Shown in pieces: positions 1-13,249 of a stretch of DNA of 64,000 nucleotides. The translations under genes and the position numbers were made by a program. The notes below the pieces were generated by a model that saw only the letters and a program-made list of their open reading frames with translations, made no database searches and was not told the DNA's origin. Positions within the stretch are counted from its first letter, which is position 1. Every line of letters begins with the position of its first letter. The DNA is from Eledone cirrhosa. Its lineage: Eukaryota. The stretch covers positions 4,960,001 through 5,024,000 of the forward strand of contig OZ024741.1 in NCBI GenBank assembly GCA_964016885.1. The letters run 5' to 3'.

Positions 1-15
1 CTATTCCGTTTACCA

Positions 16-688
<673 letters not shown>

Positions 689-775
689 GAAAATTGAGGT
701 TGGTAATGGCACATGGAATATATATTTGTGAAAAAACATATAATTTTATAAGGTAAGGAAAGAATAAAGGGTATT

Positions 776-824
776 AAAAATGACCGGTTTCGATGGGTCT
801 GCAAAAGCCATCTTTTCAAATGTT
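776..824 (-). ncRNA. Minimal type-I hammerhead motif, U3-A8 variant
   Basis: Minus strand: aacat-TTGAAAA-gatgg(cttttgcagac)ccatc-GAAA-ccgg-TC-atttt. Stem I is imperfect. Confidence 0.6.
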
Positions 825-1144
825 GATTAATATTAAGAAAAATTAATAATAAGAAGAGTTAAAATTTGAGATTTGAAAATTCAAGTATAAAATTCAGTGT
901 GGGATTTCATAGTAGTTTTCATCTTGGTAGCAGCAAGTTGACTGCTGTGTGTCCCTTTCTGGTAGTGAATGAGGAATTATTTGTGGGGAGTGTTTTTTTA
1001 GTTTTTTTGGGGGTCAGATTTAGCAATGGCCAGATGGCCAGCTGCTGGTCAGTGAGGGGGTGGAAGCAATATACATACATATATCTCCATGTGGTCGGTA
1101 GGAGAGGGGAGAGTGATAGAAAGGTATTTAGTGCACTTACACCT

Positions 1145-1184
1145 ATATATACACATACACTCATCCACACACACATACATATAC

Positions 1185-1231
<47 letters not shown>

Positions 1232-1685
1232 CATACACACACACATACATATACATACACACATACACACACACACACATATACACATACACACACATAT
1301 ATATATACACACACACACACATATATATACATACACATACATCCAGATACACACATACATATACACACACACACACACACATACATACACATATATATAT
1401 ATATGTACATACACATATATATATATATACACACACATACATACACACACACATATATATACATACACACATACAAACACACACACACATATATACACAT
1501 ACACACACATATATATACACACACACACACATATATATACATACACATACATCCAGATACACACATACATACACACACACACACATACATACATCCACAT
1601 GCACACACATACACACACACATACATACACCCACACACATAGAGAAATGGCCTCCAAATATATATATATACATACATACACATAT
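1145..1685. repeat. Mixed (CA)/(TA)/(CATA) microsatellite inside the PLE 3' region
   Basis: Directly visible. Confidence 0.95.
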
Positions 1686-2010
1686 TTTTTCCATAATATA
1701 AGAAGTTAGAACAGTGAAATTAAAATACAAGTCATTCTGATCATATTGAGTTCTTCATGTAGATTGGGCCCCGCAACCGACAGTGGTGAATTCTGTGTGC
1801 GCATATATATATATATAGATATATGTGTGCGCACGTGCAGGGTTTAACATGGATGTGTTGGTCACACAAAGGCATGGTCTGTCAACGAATAAACCTGATT
1901 CTACAGAATTGGTCTCTGGTCTTTAATAGTAGTGATAATTATATACATGCACACATACACACACATATCTGTCACTCCGTGCGGATGTGTGTTTATATTT
2001 TATGACAATT

Positions 2011-4895
2011 CTATTGGGGTGATAACCCGTTTAGTTTTGGTTTAAATTTGTTAAGGAATAGATTTTCTTTGTTTATTCTTTGTTGCTGTGTGAACGAATC
2101 TGAGCACTTGTAGAAGGGGAAGATTTTAAAGTTGGGTAGTGTCATTCCTGCGCAGTTAGCAATATGGCTGCTCAAGGGGATTTTTCTTGTGTTAGCGTCC
2201 CGGATTTGTTGGCGGTGGATGGTCATTCTTTTGCGTAATGAGGTGCCCGTCTGTCCTATGTAGTTGTGTTTGCACCCACCGCAAGTTATTGCGTAAATCA
2301 AGTTCTCCGAGTTGCAGGTGAAATTGTTTTTTACTGTAAATGTTTGGCCATCTTTAAATGTAAATTTTTGTCCTTCAGTGAGGTAGAGGCACGTTCCACA
2401 GTTTGTTCTACCACATTTGGTAACTGTAGGGTTGAGGATTGGTTTGGGTATATTTGGTCCAGTGAGAATGCGTTTTAGTGATTTGGGTTGTCTTTTACTT
2501 TTAAGGATCTTGTATGTTTCAAGAATAGACTTCATTTTTACATCTTTAAGTAGGATGGGGAGGTTTTTGTGTAGGTGATCAAACATTTCGGTATTTCTGG
2601 GGTTGAAAGTGGATACATATGGCAGGGTGTTGAGTGTGGTTTTCTGTTTTGGATTGTTAAGTTGATGGGGATTTAGGTGTTTTGCCCTGTCTATTCCATT
2701 GTTGATTATTTCAAGTGGAAAGGCTCTTAAGATAAGGGTGTCTTTTAGTTCCTTTAGTCTTTGCTCCCGTTTAGGTGGATCTGATACTATGGTACATATA
2801 CGTTTGGCCAAATTGTAAGGAATGTTAAGTTTTGTATGTTTTGGGTGACTTGATGTGAAAAGAGGTATTGCTTGGAATCTGTGGGTTTATAGAATATATC
2901 TGTATCTAATTTCCCGTCTATTACAGAGATGAGAATATCCAAGAAGGCTAATTCCTTGGGATTGGATTCCATTGTGAATTGTATGTTAATATCTATGTTG
3001 TTTATCATGTTTTTAAACATAGTAAGTGAGTTCATGTCTTCTTGCCATAGGATAAAGCAGTCGTCTAGATATCTTTTCCAATTGGCTTTGGGGTGTGTGT
3101 GGAAAGAGTCTCCAAATAAGAGAAGGGACTGACTGTATATTTGTTGTTCATGGAATCCCATGACTAGGTTGGCATATGTGGGTGCTACTTTCGTGCCCAT
3201 TGCAGTACCTGATACTTGTCTGTATGTTGAACCATTGAATGTGAAGTAGTTATTTTGTAGGATAAAGCGGAGTCCGTCAGTGATAAAATCTTTGTTGATG
3301 CGTGTCGGTATTTCTGATGGGTGTGTGTTAAGCCAGTATTGGACTGCTGTTATTCCATAGTTGTGAGGTATGTTTGTGTAGAGGTTTATTACGTCAAAGG
3401 AGACAAGAATTGTATTTGCACTTACTGTTTTAGGGAGGTGTTTCAGCATGTCAAGGTCATCTCGTATGTAGCTCTGTATATGTTGTAGAAAGGGTTTCAG
3501 TAGGATGTCTAGAAAGTTGCTAAGTCTGTGGGTTTCACATGTAGGGCCTGCTATAATTGGCCTGAGTTTTAGGTCTTCTGGTGGTGTTAGTTCAATGTAA
3601 TTGTTGGTTGAGGTGTCACATGCATCGTTTATGGGTTTACATTTGTGGAGTTTCGGTAAGCCGTAAAAGGAGCTTGTATTGCATTTGAAGTGGCTTATAT
3701 AGTTAAACTCTTTTGTGGTTAAGCTGTTGCGGTATTTATTCAGTAAGGTCAAAAGGTTCCCCATTGTTTTGGTGTGTTTGTAGTTTTCTGTTTTTTCATA
3801 GTATGTGTTGTTTTCTAAAATGTTAAGTGCGAGGGTCCTATAGTAGTCCGTATTCATAATGACAACAGTACTGCCTTTATCGGCTTCTTTGATGGTTATC
3901 TCAGGGTTGTTTCTAAGTGTGAATAATTCTTCCCATTCGAGTGAATAATTCTTCCCATTCGAGGTTTGATTTCGTGTGTTTATTTGTAATTTTTTCATAG
4001 GGAAAGTTGGTGATGTGTTCGCAGTACGTGTCCAGTGCTTTATTTCTTCCCTTTTGTGGGCAGAAATTGCTTTTATTTCTAACCAGTGATTCGTCTTCAG
4101 TGTTGGTGTCGTTGTGGAAGAATTCCGTTAGTCGCAGCTTTCGGCAGAATTCTATGATGTCATCCTTCATTTCGGGGAAGTTTGGTTTACGTGGTGTAGG
4201 TGTAAATGTTGATTTGTGTATTGGTTAGAGGTGTCTTTGAGAGGTTGATTATTTTGGGTTTCTCCGGGGGGGGGGGGGGGGGGGGGCATCGAGTATCCTG
4301 GTATTTCAGGCTTTTCCCTAAAAAAGGAATGTAGTTTTGTGTGTGATTATATTTTGTTGGTCTGTTGCGTGTGGGTCTGTAGCTTGTTGTTTCATGAGGG
4401 TGAATGTGATGGTGGGGGTGGTATGTGTTGTGGTTGTTAATGAGCAAGGGTTCTGTTGTTGGTTCATGTGGTCTGGGTGCGTTATTTCTGTGGTACAGAG
4501 TGTTGAGGTTGGGGGTTGTCTTTTGTTGGATTGAGGGTGATGTCTGGTGTGGTTGTGGGTAAGTTTTGTTGTGATTTCAAGTGGTCTGGGTGGATTTCTT
4601 CTGAGGAATGTGGTGTGTGTGTTGGGTTTGGTGGTGTAAATGTGTCTGTTGTAGTTCTTGTTATGTTCAAATGCTTTATAAGGGGGTTACCTGTTTGGTG
4701 CGTCCTTTTAAAGTCTTCTTCATATTTGAGGAACCAGTTTTCGGATTTTTCCCACCGTTTAAGGGAAATAATTTCTGCATTCTCGCAGTCCTGTTTCCAC
4801 GATTTGATTAAATTTTGTAGGGTTGTTCCCTCGGCCTTTTTAGTGCATTCTTCCTCCATTTTTTTATCAGTATCCTTATACTCTTGCTCGTTGGA
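2011..4895 (-). pseudogene. PLE RT/GIY-YIG polyprotein, frameshifted
   Basis: Track ORFs 3913-4170, 2787-3998 and 2011-2811 give KEADKG, FYGLPKLHK, LRPIIAG, SFDVINLYTNIP, GTAMGTKVAPTYANL, RYLDD, linker KCGRTNCGTC and NLIYAITCGGCKHNYIGQT. A short tandem duplication at ~3920-3962 and other indels break the frame. Confidence 0.92.
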
Positions 4896-4915
4896 GATAA
4901 ATACATATATATATA

Positions 4916-5699
4916 AATATATGAAAAAGAACACAAGAGCGTCTACAACATCAAAAGATTTTTATTGGCTTACAATGTTTCTTCCTTACGTAACCGTAGG
5001 ATTCGTCAGAGCTATAAAAGGGGTTTGATTGGTGTTATGGACTCTACCAACCAAACATTCAAGAACAAAGAGTAAAGAGAGTAAAGAGCAAAAGTAGGGG
5101 ACGATAAGTCTAATTTTGGTGCGGGAGGGTGGGGTGTGGGTCCTTGTTTACTAGCTGCGGTCATATTCATTCCCGGGAGTCGGGTGGTTAGCTGAACCAT
5201 AGATGGGGTGGCGTCGATAGTATGGTGCAGAGGGTGCGCAGAGGCTACACAAACACAAAGGGCATACAATATATATATATATATATATATATATAGCGGA
5301 GGAGAAAGTACATGAGGTAATTAGAAATGGAAAAAGAGTAATAATAATAACCTATAATTAATAGTGTATAATAAGGCATGGGGAAGATTACACTATAATA
5401 AGGTATAAAAGTAAGAATAAGGTAAAATATAAAGGAGGATAGAAGTGGAAATAATAAAGATAAAAAAATATATAGAGAATATATAAAGAAATATAAGCGA
5501 ATATTTGGAGGGGAAAACACAATGTAAAAAAAACCGATTTTTTCAAATAATAATAAAAATATGATAATTATGGGGGGAGAAAACGGGATAGAGAAATATG
5601 ATCAAGTGTGATTAGTTGAGAGAATATAAGATGATAATAGTTATGTCAAGTTTATACATCTTAATAATAAATAATCTGTGTATCAGAGTTGCAGAACCT
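4916..5699 (-). repeat. 3' pseudo-LTR of the Naiad-like PLE
   Basis: Direct repeat of 9958-10730. Confidence 0.93.
4968..5012 (-). ncRNA. Minimal type-I hammerhead ribozyme in the pLTR
   Basis: gct-CTGACGA-atcctacggttacgtaaggaa-GAAA-cattg-TA-agc. A second copy at 10008-10052 (-) has stem I changed from gct to tct. Confidence 0.85.
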
Positions 5700-7243
5700 T
5701 CAATTCACTTACGGGTTCAAGCCATTGTTTATCTGTGCGGTCATGCGCGTTTGTTTTGACACCACAGCAGATGCACAAGTTCGTAAATTCCAATGCAGAT
5801 AGAAATCTATTTTGCTCACCCGGACATTGACGGAGGATCCAATATTCCTAGTTCAATATGTGTGTGGTGTTATTTTTGTCGCACAAATCAATCACTTGGT
5901 TCAATATTATGGAGTATGGTTTTCTGGCCTTCGTAACAGTGTCAGTGGTTGTATATCTGGAGATCACAAGGATCACAGTACTCCGGTTTGGTGTGATTAT
6001 CGGTCATCCAGCTATGTTGTTGGTGGTTGGATTCAATTCTATTCGCCCGAACGTTGAACTTTGGTGTCGATAGGACATTAACGAGGCAGGGTGAGATCGC
6101 ATCTGTAGTACAAAACGGTACGCAAGGAAATTCTTCTTCTTCGTTTCATCCGGGTCCAGCAGTCACGTGCAAGAACCGCTACGTAGTAATTGTGGGGTTA
6201 ATCGGTCAAGTCAGCAACTGACCGAAAATTCAGACAGGCATGACAGGCACATTTAGGTCGGCAGCTTCTTTATGTGTACGTGTGTCCGACACACACAGAC
6301 ACATATTTATATGTATTTCAACTCAAAAAACTCAATTGATTCACCCACTGGTACTACAATCGGTCAAGACAGCAACTGGCCGACAATTCCCTTAGGAATT
6401 CAGACAGGCATGACAGGTATATTTAGGTCAGCAGCTTATTTATGTGTACGTGTGTCCGATACACACAGACACATATCCATATGTATTTCAACTCAAAAAA
6501 TTCAGTTGATTCCCCTATTGATATTATATCTGTGTTGCTCGGATGTGCATGCTGTGGTGTTCTGGTCGTGCATAGCATTCACTGTGTTTTGCCATTACCT
6601 TGGAATGTGATGTTATGGTCATCAATAGTCCGGCAAGCGTATTTCGCTCTTATATTGCGGAGAATGGTGTTCTAGTCCTCAGTAAACATTTGGGTCAGCA
6701 GGAGGGGTGGTGGCTCTCAGTTTCAACTTCGACAATACATATGTGTTACTCTGCATATCGTGCTCCTCTCAGAGAAGAGTATTATAGGAGGAATTCGTGC
6801 CACACACCACATATAGAGAGAATTTCTACAGAAAAGTATACATGCATATACACATACATGCACACATCATACACTTACACATACACATACACACTCATAC
6901 GCATACATACATATATTCACATACATGTCACTTATACACACATACACACAATATAATACGCATGCATACAATATACATATATATATATACATACAATATA
7001 CATGCATACAATGCACGCACACATGCGTGCATGCATGCACACACGCACGCACACCCACACATATGTCTGCGTGTGTGTGCGTGTGAGAGAGAAAAGGAGA
7101 ATATACACACACACACACACGCAAAAACACCAACCTTGTAGGGCACTGTACCACCCTTAGGGTACCTATCTATCTGGGTTACGGGTTGGGGGGAAAAGGG
7201 GGAAGCTATAGTCTAGGTGGGGGTTGCGTGATATATGTTACGT

Positions 7244-9784
7244 CTATGTGCTAGGTTTAAAATAGAAGAAGGAACTCAGGATTTTGTGTTGGCAAGAGGA
7301 GAAAATTTCCGATTTCCTGTTAAGCAGGTTCAGTTTAGAGTGTATTATGGCATGGCATTCCAGTAAACACAGGTCACAACTTCCGCTCTGCGGTCGGTAT
7401 GGCGTGGATCTAGTAAGCTTCCTCCAAAAAAGTTTGTATGGGGTACTATTATTTTTTAAAAAGGAGATGTATCCCGCCAGTGAGGTGGCATTCTTATGTC
7501 TATCGTGTCTAAATGTGTACATATGCGCGTTAAATCTAGTTTTAAATGTATTGGACGTTGCTCCTATATATGTTTTGGTAGAGTTGTGTGTGGTTACGTC
7601 ACATGCATATACTATGTTTTTCATGAGGCAATCCCCCCTTAGGGGACAGTTACTACTCCGCCTACAATTGCAACTGCGGATTCGATTAGTTAGCTTACCT
7701 CCCGAAGTTTGGTTACTAGCATTATCACTAGGTGCCTCTATATCATTAGATGGCTCATTGATGCTATTATGTTGCCCATTTTCCAGTGTAGTCGGTTGCT
7801 GGTGGTTAACTGCCATTTTAATTGCTTCGAAGCCTTCCCTAGTTTTCCTAATGTTCGTGCGTGCTAGGTGTGATGCGAGGTTAGGTGTGGTCGAATAGGA
7901 TAATTTAATTACGTTTTTGTTAATTATGTTGCGATATCTATTGCCTGGTGGGAAGTTTTTTTCCAATAATGAGAAGAATACTCTGGGGAGGTTAGTGAGG
8001 ACCTCAGAGTTAAAAGGTGGGTTAAAATACATGTTTTTCCTTCTTCTATTTTTCTTATCTGTGGGGTGAGTCTCGCTACTGTGCGTACTATTTTGTAGGG
8101 TTCCGTTATTAACGTTAGTGGCGTTGTCTGTTTTGCTTAAGCCCGGATGGTTTATATTCATGGCGTGATCATTTACTGTTTTAGAGTTGTGGTGAGGGAC
8201 TCTAGTATTGTCTTTACGTGGTTTACATTTAGCTGGGTTACCGCCATTAGGGTTCTTACTATTATTCTTGCCTCTAAGTTGGTTAGGCTTTGTGGCCATA
8301 CTATGTGTGATTATGTTGGTAGGTTTCACACTCATGGTTTGAGAGTCCTTATGTATATATGATAATCTACTCCCGTAACCAGATTCTGCTAGGGCCTTGT
8401 CATAATACTCTGCATTGGAGTTGAAGATACTCTCATTACAGGACAGTCTTCTAATTCTATTAGAGACTCCCTTGGGAATAGCGTTTAGGACTGATTTGGG
8501 GTGGTTAGAGCTGGCGTTTACATATGTTAGTCTATCGTTAGGTTTATGGTAGAGTGCAAATGTTTTACTTTCTAGGTCAAGGGTGGCGTCTAGGAAGTTT
8601 ACTGTTTTATCATTTGCATCTATGGTAATACTTAGATTAAAGTTTTTAAAGAACCTACGTAATTGTTTCCTAGTTCTTTCTATATTGCACTTTTTATACT
8701 CGAGAGTGAGGAGGGCGTCATCACGGTATAAGCCGCCCTTCAAGTGTGGTAATGTCTCATGTAACTCCTTTAAGAGGTACAATCCTACCAGGTCCGTTAC
8801 TTGTGCAGAGTCACTAGATCCCATTGTGATGTCGAAGTTACTGGGCGTATTCTTGCGGGTCCACAATTCATCCTCAAATGTGATTATCGTTTTCCGGGCC
8901 GCAAGAATGACATCAATTTGAGACCTAGTGAGGTCACTTTTCTGCATGGCCATGATTAGGGCCTTATTAAGGAGTATGGGGGAGATTGAGGTGTAGTACG
9001 CATCGATGTCGAATTGTATAAATTTAAGGGATTTATGGTTGCTAAGGCTTGAGAACCATTTCAAAACCTCTTCCGTATTCTCCCATAGATCTAGATATAT
9101 TTTCCTCCTGATGGTGGGTATAACGTCGTCTAAAATTTTCTTACTGATAATTCCTATATCCGACTTCGATGGGCTAATTAATCTAACAGAGGGTTTACTA
9201 ATGAAGTCAGCCTTATGCTCTTTAAGGGTGAACCTGGGTTGCCTAGGGGTATATGGTTGGGTATACTTTTCCAGACCTAGTTTATCCACTATGGCACATG
9301 CTTCCTTATTAATTTCATCTAAGTTTGCGCTTGTTGTCTTTTTATAGTTTCTATTTAATTAATTGTATATAAACCTACGATACGTATCATAATTTAAGCT
9401 ATAAATATTTCTGGTTTTATCCGAGGTGACCAGGATATCTCTTTTATCGTTAAAGTCCTTAACCAAGGTTTCCAGTTTCATCCGGAATTTGTTGCTATTC
9501 TCATGGGGGTTTTTAAACTTAATATTCCTTACTAGTGATAGGAGGTCATTCTCAAATCCATCTAGCATGGAGTTGTGGGGCGGGCTCCTATAGGTTTTAA
9601 AACCGAAGTTGTTATTGGGGGACACCGTGGTTGATTTCTTATTTCTCTTATCGAAGTGGAAAGTGCGCCATCTAATACGCTTAACGAAGGAGTTTACACT
9701 AGCTATCAGTAATTTCTCATAAGTAGTCCTAGATGGGGTTGGGATGTTCTTGAGTGATATAGGTAGGTAGTCTTTAGTTAGCAT
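7244..9784 (-). pseudogene. Naiad-like PLE RT/GIY-YIG ORF (~846 codons) with one in-frame TAA at 9359-9361
   Basis: Track ORFs 9359-9796 and 7244-9289 are in the same frame (..FIYN*LNRNYKK..). Motifs: SLKNIP, RLISPSKSDIG, FIQFDIDAYY, FDITMGS, GLYRDD, linker CNCRRSSNCPL (CxCx5C), NIVYAC..YIGAT, CDLC. Confidence 0.93.
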
Positions 9785-9957
9785 GCTGCCAATCAATTAT
9801 AATCATACACACAAGGTGGACAGGTTATAAGGATTTAGCTCAACTGGGGGGAGCCGTAGAAATACTTAGGTTAATAGGAGTTAGGTATTGTATACCCGTG
9901 TCCCATTAAGGTATTGGCAGCATAATAATTAGCTCTATGCTTTGGAGCAGAGCCGTA

Positions 9958-10730
9958 TATATGAAAAGGAACACAAGAGCGTCTACAACATCAAAAGATT
10001 TTTATTGGCTTACAATGTTTCTTCCTTACGTAACCGTAGGATTCGTCAGAGATATAAAAGGGGTTTGATTGGTGTTATGGACTCTACCAACCAAACATTC
10101 AAGAACAAAGAGTAAAGAGAGTAAAGAGCAAAAGTAGGGGACGATAAGTCTAATTTTGGTGCGGGAGGGTGGGGTGTGGGTCCTTGTTTACTAGCTGCGG
10201 TCATATTCATTCCCGGGAGTCGGGTGGTTAGCTGAACCATAGATGGGGTGGCGTCGATAGTATGGTGCAGAGGGTGCGCAGAGGCTACACAAACACAAAG
10301 GGCATACAATATATATATATATATAGCGGAGGAGAAAGTACATGAGGTAATTAGAAATGGAAAAAGAGTAATAATAATAATCTATAATTAATAGTGTATA
10401 ATAAGGCATGGGGAAGATTACACTATAATAAGGTATAAAAGTAAGAATAAGGTAACATATAAAGGAGGATAGAAGTGGAAATAATAAAGATAAAAAAATA
10501 TATAGAGAATATATAAAGAAATATAAGCGAATATTTGGAGGGGAAAACACAATGTAAAAAAAAAACGATTTTTTCAAATAATAATAAAAATATAATAATT
10601 ATGGGGGGAGAAAACGGGATAGAGAAATATGATCAAGTGTGATTAGTTGAGAGAATATAAGATGATAATAGTTATGTCAAGTTTATACATCTTAATAATA
10701 AATAATCTGTGTATCAGAGTTGCAGAACCT
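9958..10730 (-). repeat. 5' pseudo-LTR of the Naiad-like PLE
   Basis: Direct repeat of 4916-5699 with a few substitutions. Confidence 0.93.
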
Positions 10731-11168
10731 ATTGTATGCCCTTTGTGTTTGTGTAGCCTCTGCGCACCCTCTGCACCATACTATCGACGCCACTCCATCT
10801 ATGGTTCAGCTCACCACCCGACTCCCGGGAATGAATATGACCGCAGCTAGTAAACAAGGACCCACACCCCACCCTCCCGCACCAAAATTAGACTTATCGT
10901 CCCCTACTTTACTCTCTTTACTCTTTGTTCTTGAATGTTTGGTTGGTAGAGTCCATAACACCAATCAAACCCCTTTTATAGCTCTGACGAATCCTACGGT
11001 TACGTAAGGAAGAAACATTGTAAGCCAATAAAAATCTTTTGATGTTGTAGACGCTCTTGTGTTCTTTTTCATATATACGGCTCTGCTCCAAAGCATAGAG
11101 CTAATTATTATGCTGCCAATACCTTAATGGGACACGGGTATACCATACCTAACTCCTATTAACCTAAG

Positions 11169-11170
<2 letters not shown>
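10731..11170 (+). repeat. Inverted partial pLTR plus tail
   Basis: Reverse complement of ~9862-10310. Confidence 0.92.
10981..11025 (+). ncRNA. Minimal type-I hammerhead ribozyme in the inverted pLTR
   Basis: Same motif as 4968-5012, on the plus strand. Confidence 0.85.
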
Positions 11171-11223
<53 letters not shown>

Positions 11224-11623
11224 ATAATAATAAAATTGAAGACTAAAATCCAGAGAGGGCTCGATAAGGAAAATATATATCAAATATATAAGAACCGAAG
11301 AGCAAATATTTATTAAAATAACAGATTAAAGTTTAAGCAAAGAATCGCTGCTTTCACCCTTAACGGGATCTTCTGAAACTAACAAAGTCAATCTGTAAAC
11401 GCAGAACTGGATATTTCAAAAAACGTTGCAACCGGAGGAAGACAGGAAGACGATACTTTGGTTCATGGTGACGTTCGCTGGCAAAGAACAGGAAAAAACG
11501 AATAATACGTCATTAATAGGAGCGGTGAAAAACAATTACGTGCAAGGACAGAACCACGTTTATGGTATAAGAGAGGTCGTAGACTAAAGTTCTCTAAGTG
11601 GTGCATAGAGACGTTCTCTGGCA

Positions 11624-13249
11624 ATGAACGAAAAAACGAAGATAATAAGTCATATGTGGAGCGTGGAGAACAATAGCGTGCAAAGACAAGACCACGTTCG
11701 GCTTATTAACCCTACGAAGTCCGATTTAGGTAGACTTAGTAAAACGATTCTTGATAGAATTATACCTGAAATTAGAAATTTGGCCCCTCTCGCACTGTGG
11801 AACAATTCTTTCGCGGTGATTGATTGGTTCAACGGCATATGTAACAAGGAACATTGCCGTTTTATCCAATTCGACATCAACAATTACTACTCCTCCATCA
11901 CTTTACCACTTCTCCTTAGAGCTATCAATTTCGCTAAAACACTCACAGTGGTTAAGGATTTCGAAGTTGATGTCATCCTTAATGCCCGAAAGTCGGTGAT
12001 TAATTTCGACGATTCTATTTGGATTAAAAAATCCAATAGTACCCCATTCGACGTGAGTATGGGCGCCAGTGACTCTGCGGAGGTTACTGATATTATTGGC
12101 CTTTTCCTTCTTTTCTCTATCAAGGACGAATTCCCCAACGCGGGCGGTGGTTTGTACCGTGACGATGGCCTTTTGACCATGACTAAGTGCGGACCTCGTG
12201 CTTGCGACAGATTCAGAAAAGAACTCACAGCCTTCTTTAAAGGCTTCAACCTCTCTATACAGGTTGAGGCCAATCTCTCGGTCGTTAATTACCTCGACGT
12301 TACCCTCAATTTATTGAATGGGTTGCATTACCCGTATAGAAAGCCGAATGATACGCTTAATTACATAAGTAAGCATTCCAACCATCCTGCCAGCATAACC
12401 AAGAACCTGGTAAAAAACGTTTCGTTGAGGCTTTCCCGTCTTTCCACCAACGAGCGCATTTTCAACGACCATTCCACTTATTACAATGAAGCTCTTGCTC
12501 GAAGTGGATTTGTCGATAAGGTAGCATATACAGAGTACGAGAATAGACCTAGAAGAAATAGATCCCGTCGCATTTGTTGGTTTAACCCACCATATAATAT
12601 GGAGGTGGCCACACCATTAGCTAAGATCTTTCTTTCCCTTATTACGAAGCATTTTCCCCCTACACATAAATATAGTAAAATTTTTAATAGAAACACTATT
12701 AAAATTTCTTACTCAACGACTCCTAACCTTGCACATAACATCACAGCTTCAAATTTAGCTAAAATACCTAGCCGTAGGAACACGTGCAACCCTGTAGTTA
12801 GTACTAACTGTAATTGTAGGAATCGGGCTGATTGTCCCCTATCCGGGAAATGCCTCTCTAGTAACATTGTCTACAAATGTAAGGTTGTAACACCCACGTT
12901 CCGTAGGGCCTACATAGGGTTAACCGCCAATAGTTTCAAGAAGCGTCTTTACATGCATACCCATTCTTTTCGTTACCCTCTAAGAAGGAATATGACGTCA
13001 CTTTCAGCTTATATCTGGAGTCTAAAAGACAACCACACCCAATATAAGTTACACTGGGAGATCCTAGCTAGGGCTAGATCGTATAACGGAAATAAAAGAC
13101 CATGTGACCTCTGCACCGCTGAGGCCCTGGAAATACTCTACGCCACAGACCACATCTTAAACAAAAAATCTGAGGCAATTTCGGCTTGTAAACATAAATT
13201 GCACAAAACTTTCCTGTATTACAGCCCTACGTTATACCCTAACGGATAG
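11624..13249 (+). CDS. Naiad-like RT/GIY-YIG ORF, uninterrupted; first ~25 codons come from the antisense pLTR
   Basis: RLINPTKSDLG, FIQFDINNYY, FDVSMGA, GLYRDD, WFNPPY, CNCRNRADCPL, NIVYKC..YIGLT. Confidence 0.85.
   Translation: MNEKTKIISHMWSVENNSVQRQDHVRLINPTKSDLGRLSKTILDRIIPEIRNLAPLALWNNSFAVIDWFNGICNKEHCRFIQFDINNYYSSITLPLLLRAINFAKTLTVVKDFEVDVILNARKSVINFDDSIWIKKSNSTPFDVSMGASDSAEVTDIIGLFLLFSIKDEFPNAGGGLYRDDGLLTMTKCGPRACDRFRKELTAFFKGFNLSIQVEANLSVVNYLDVTLNLLNGLHYPYRKPNDTLNYISKHSNHPASITKNLVKNVSLRLSRLSTNERIFNDHSTYYNEALARSGFVDKVAYTEYENRPRRNRSRRICWFNPPYNMEVATPLAKIFLSLITKHFPPTHKYSKIFNRNTIKISYSTTPNLAHNITASNLAKIPSRRNTCNPVVSTNCNCRNRADCPLSGKCLSSNIVYKCKVVTPTFRRAYIGLTANSFKKRLYMHTHSFRYPLRRNMTSLSAYIWSLKDNHTQYKLHWEILARARSYNGNKRPCDLCTAEALEILYATDHILNKKSEAISACKHKLHKTFLYYSPTLYPNG

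Larger units (their letters stand above)
690..4900 (-). mobile_element. Penelope-like retroelement, Neptune-like, 5'-truncated, degenerate
   Basis: RT and GIY-YIG ORF pieces, a microsatellite-rich 3' region, a pLTR with an HHR motif near 800, and (TA)n on both sides. Confidence 0.9.
4916..11170 (-). mobile_element. Full-length Naiad-like PLE with two direct pLTRs and an inverted partial pLTR
   Basis: 4916-5699 is a near-identical direct copy of 9958-10730. 10731-11170 is the reverse complement of ~9862-10310. The ORF lies between the direct copies and (TA)n flanks both ends. Confidence 0.93.

Noticed and set aside
4916-10730. LTR retrotransposon
   Set aside because: The direct repeats lack TG..CA ends, there is no gag, protease or integrase, and the ORF is PLE-type RT plus GIY-YIG.
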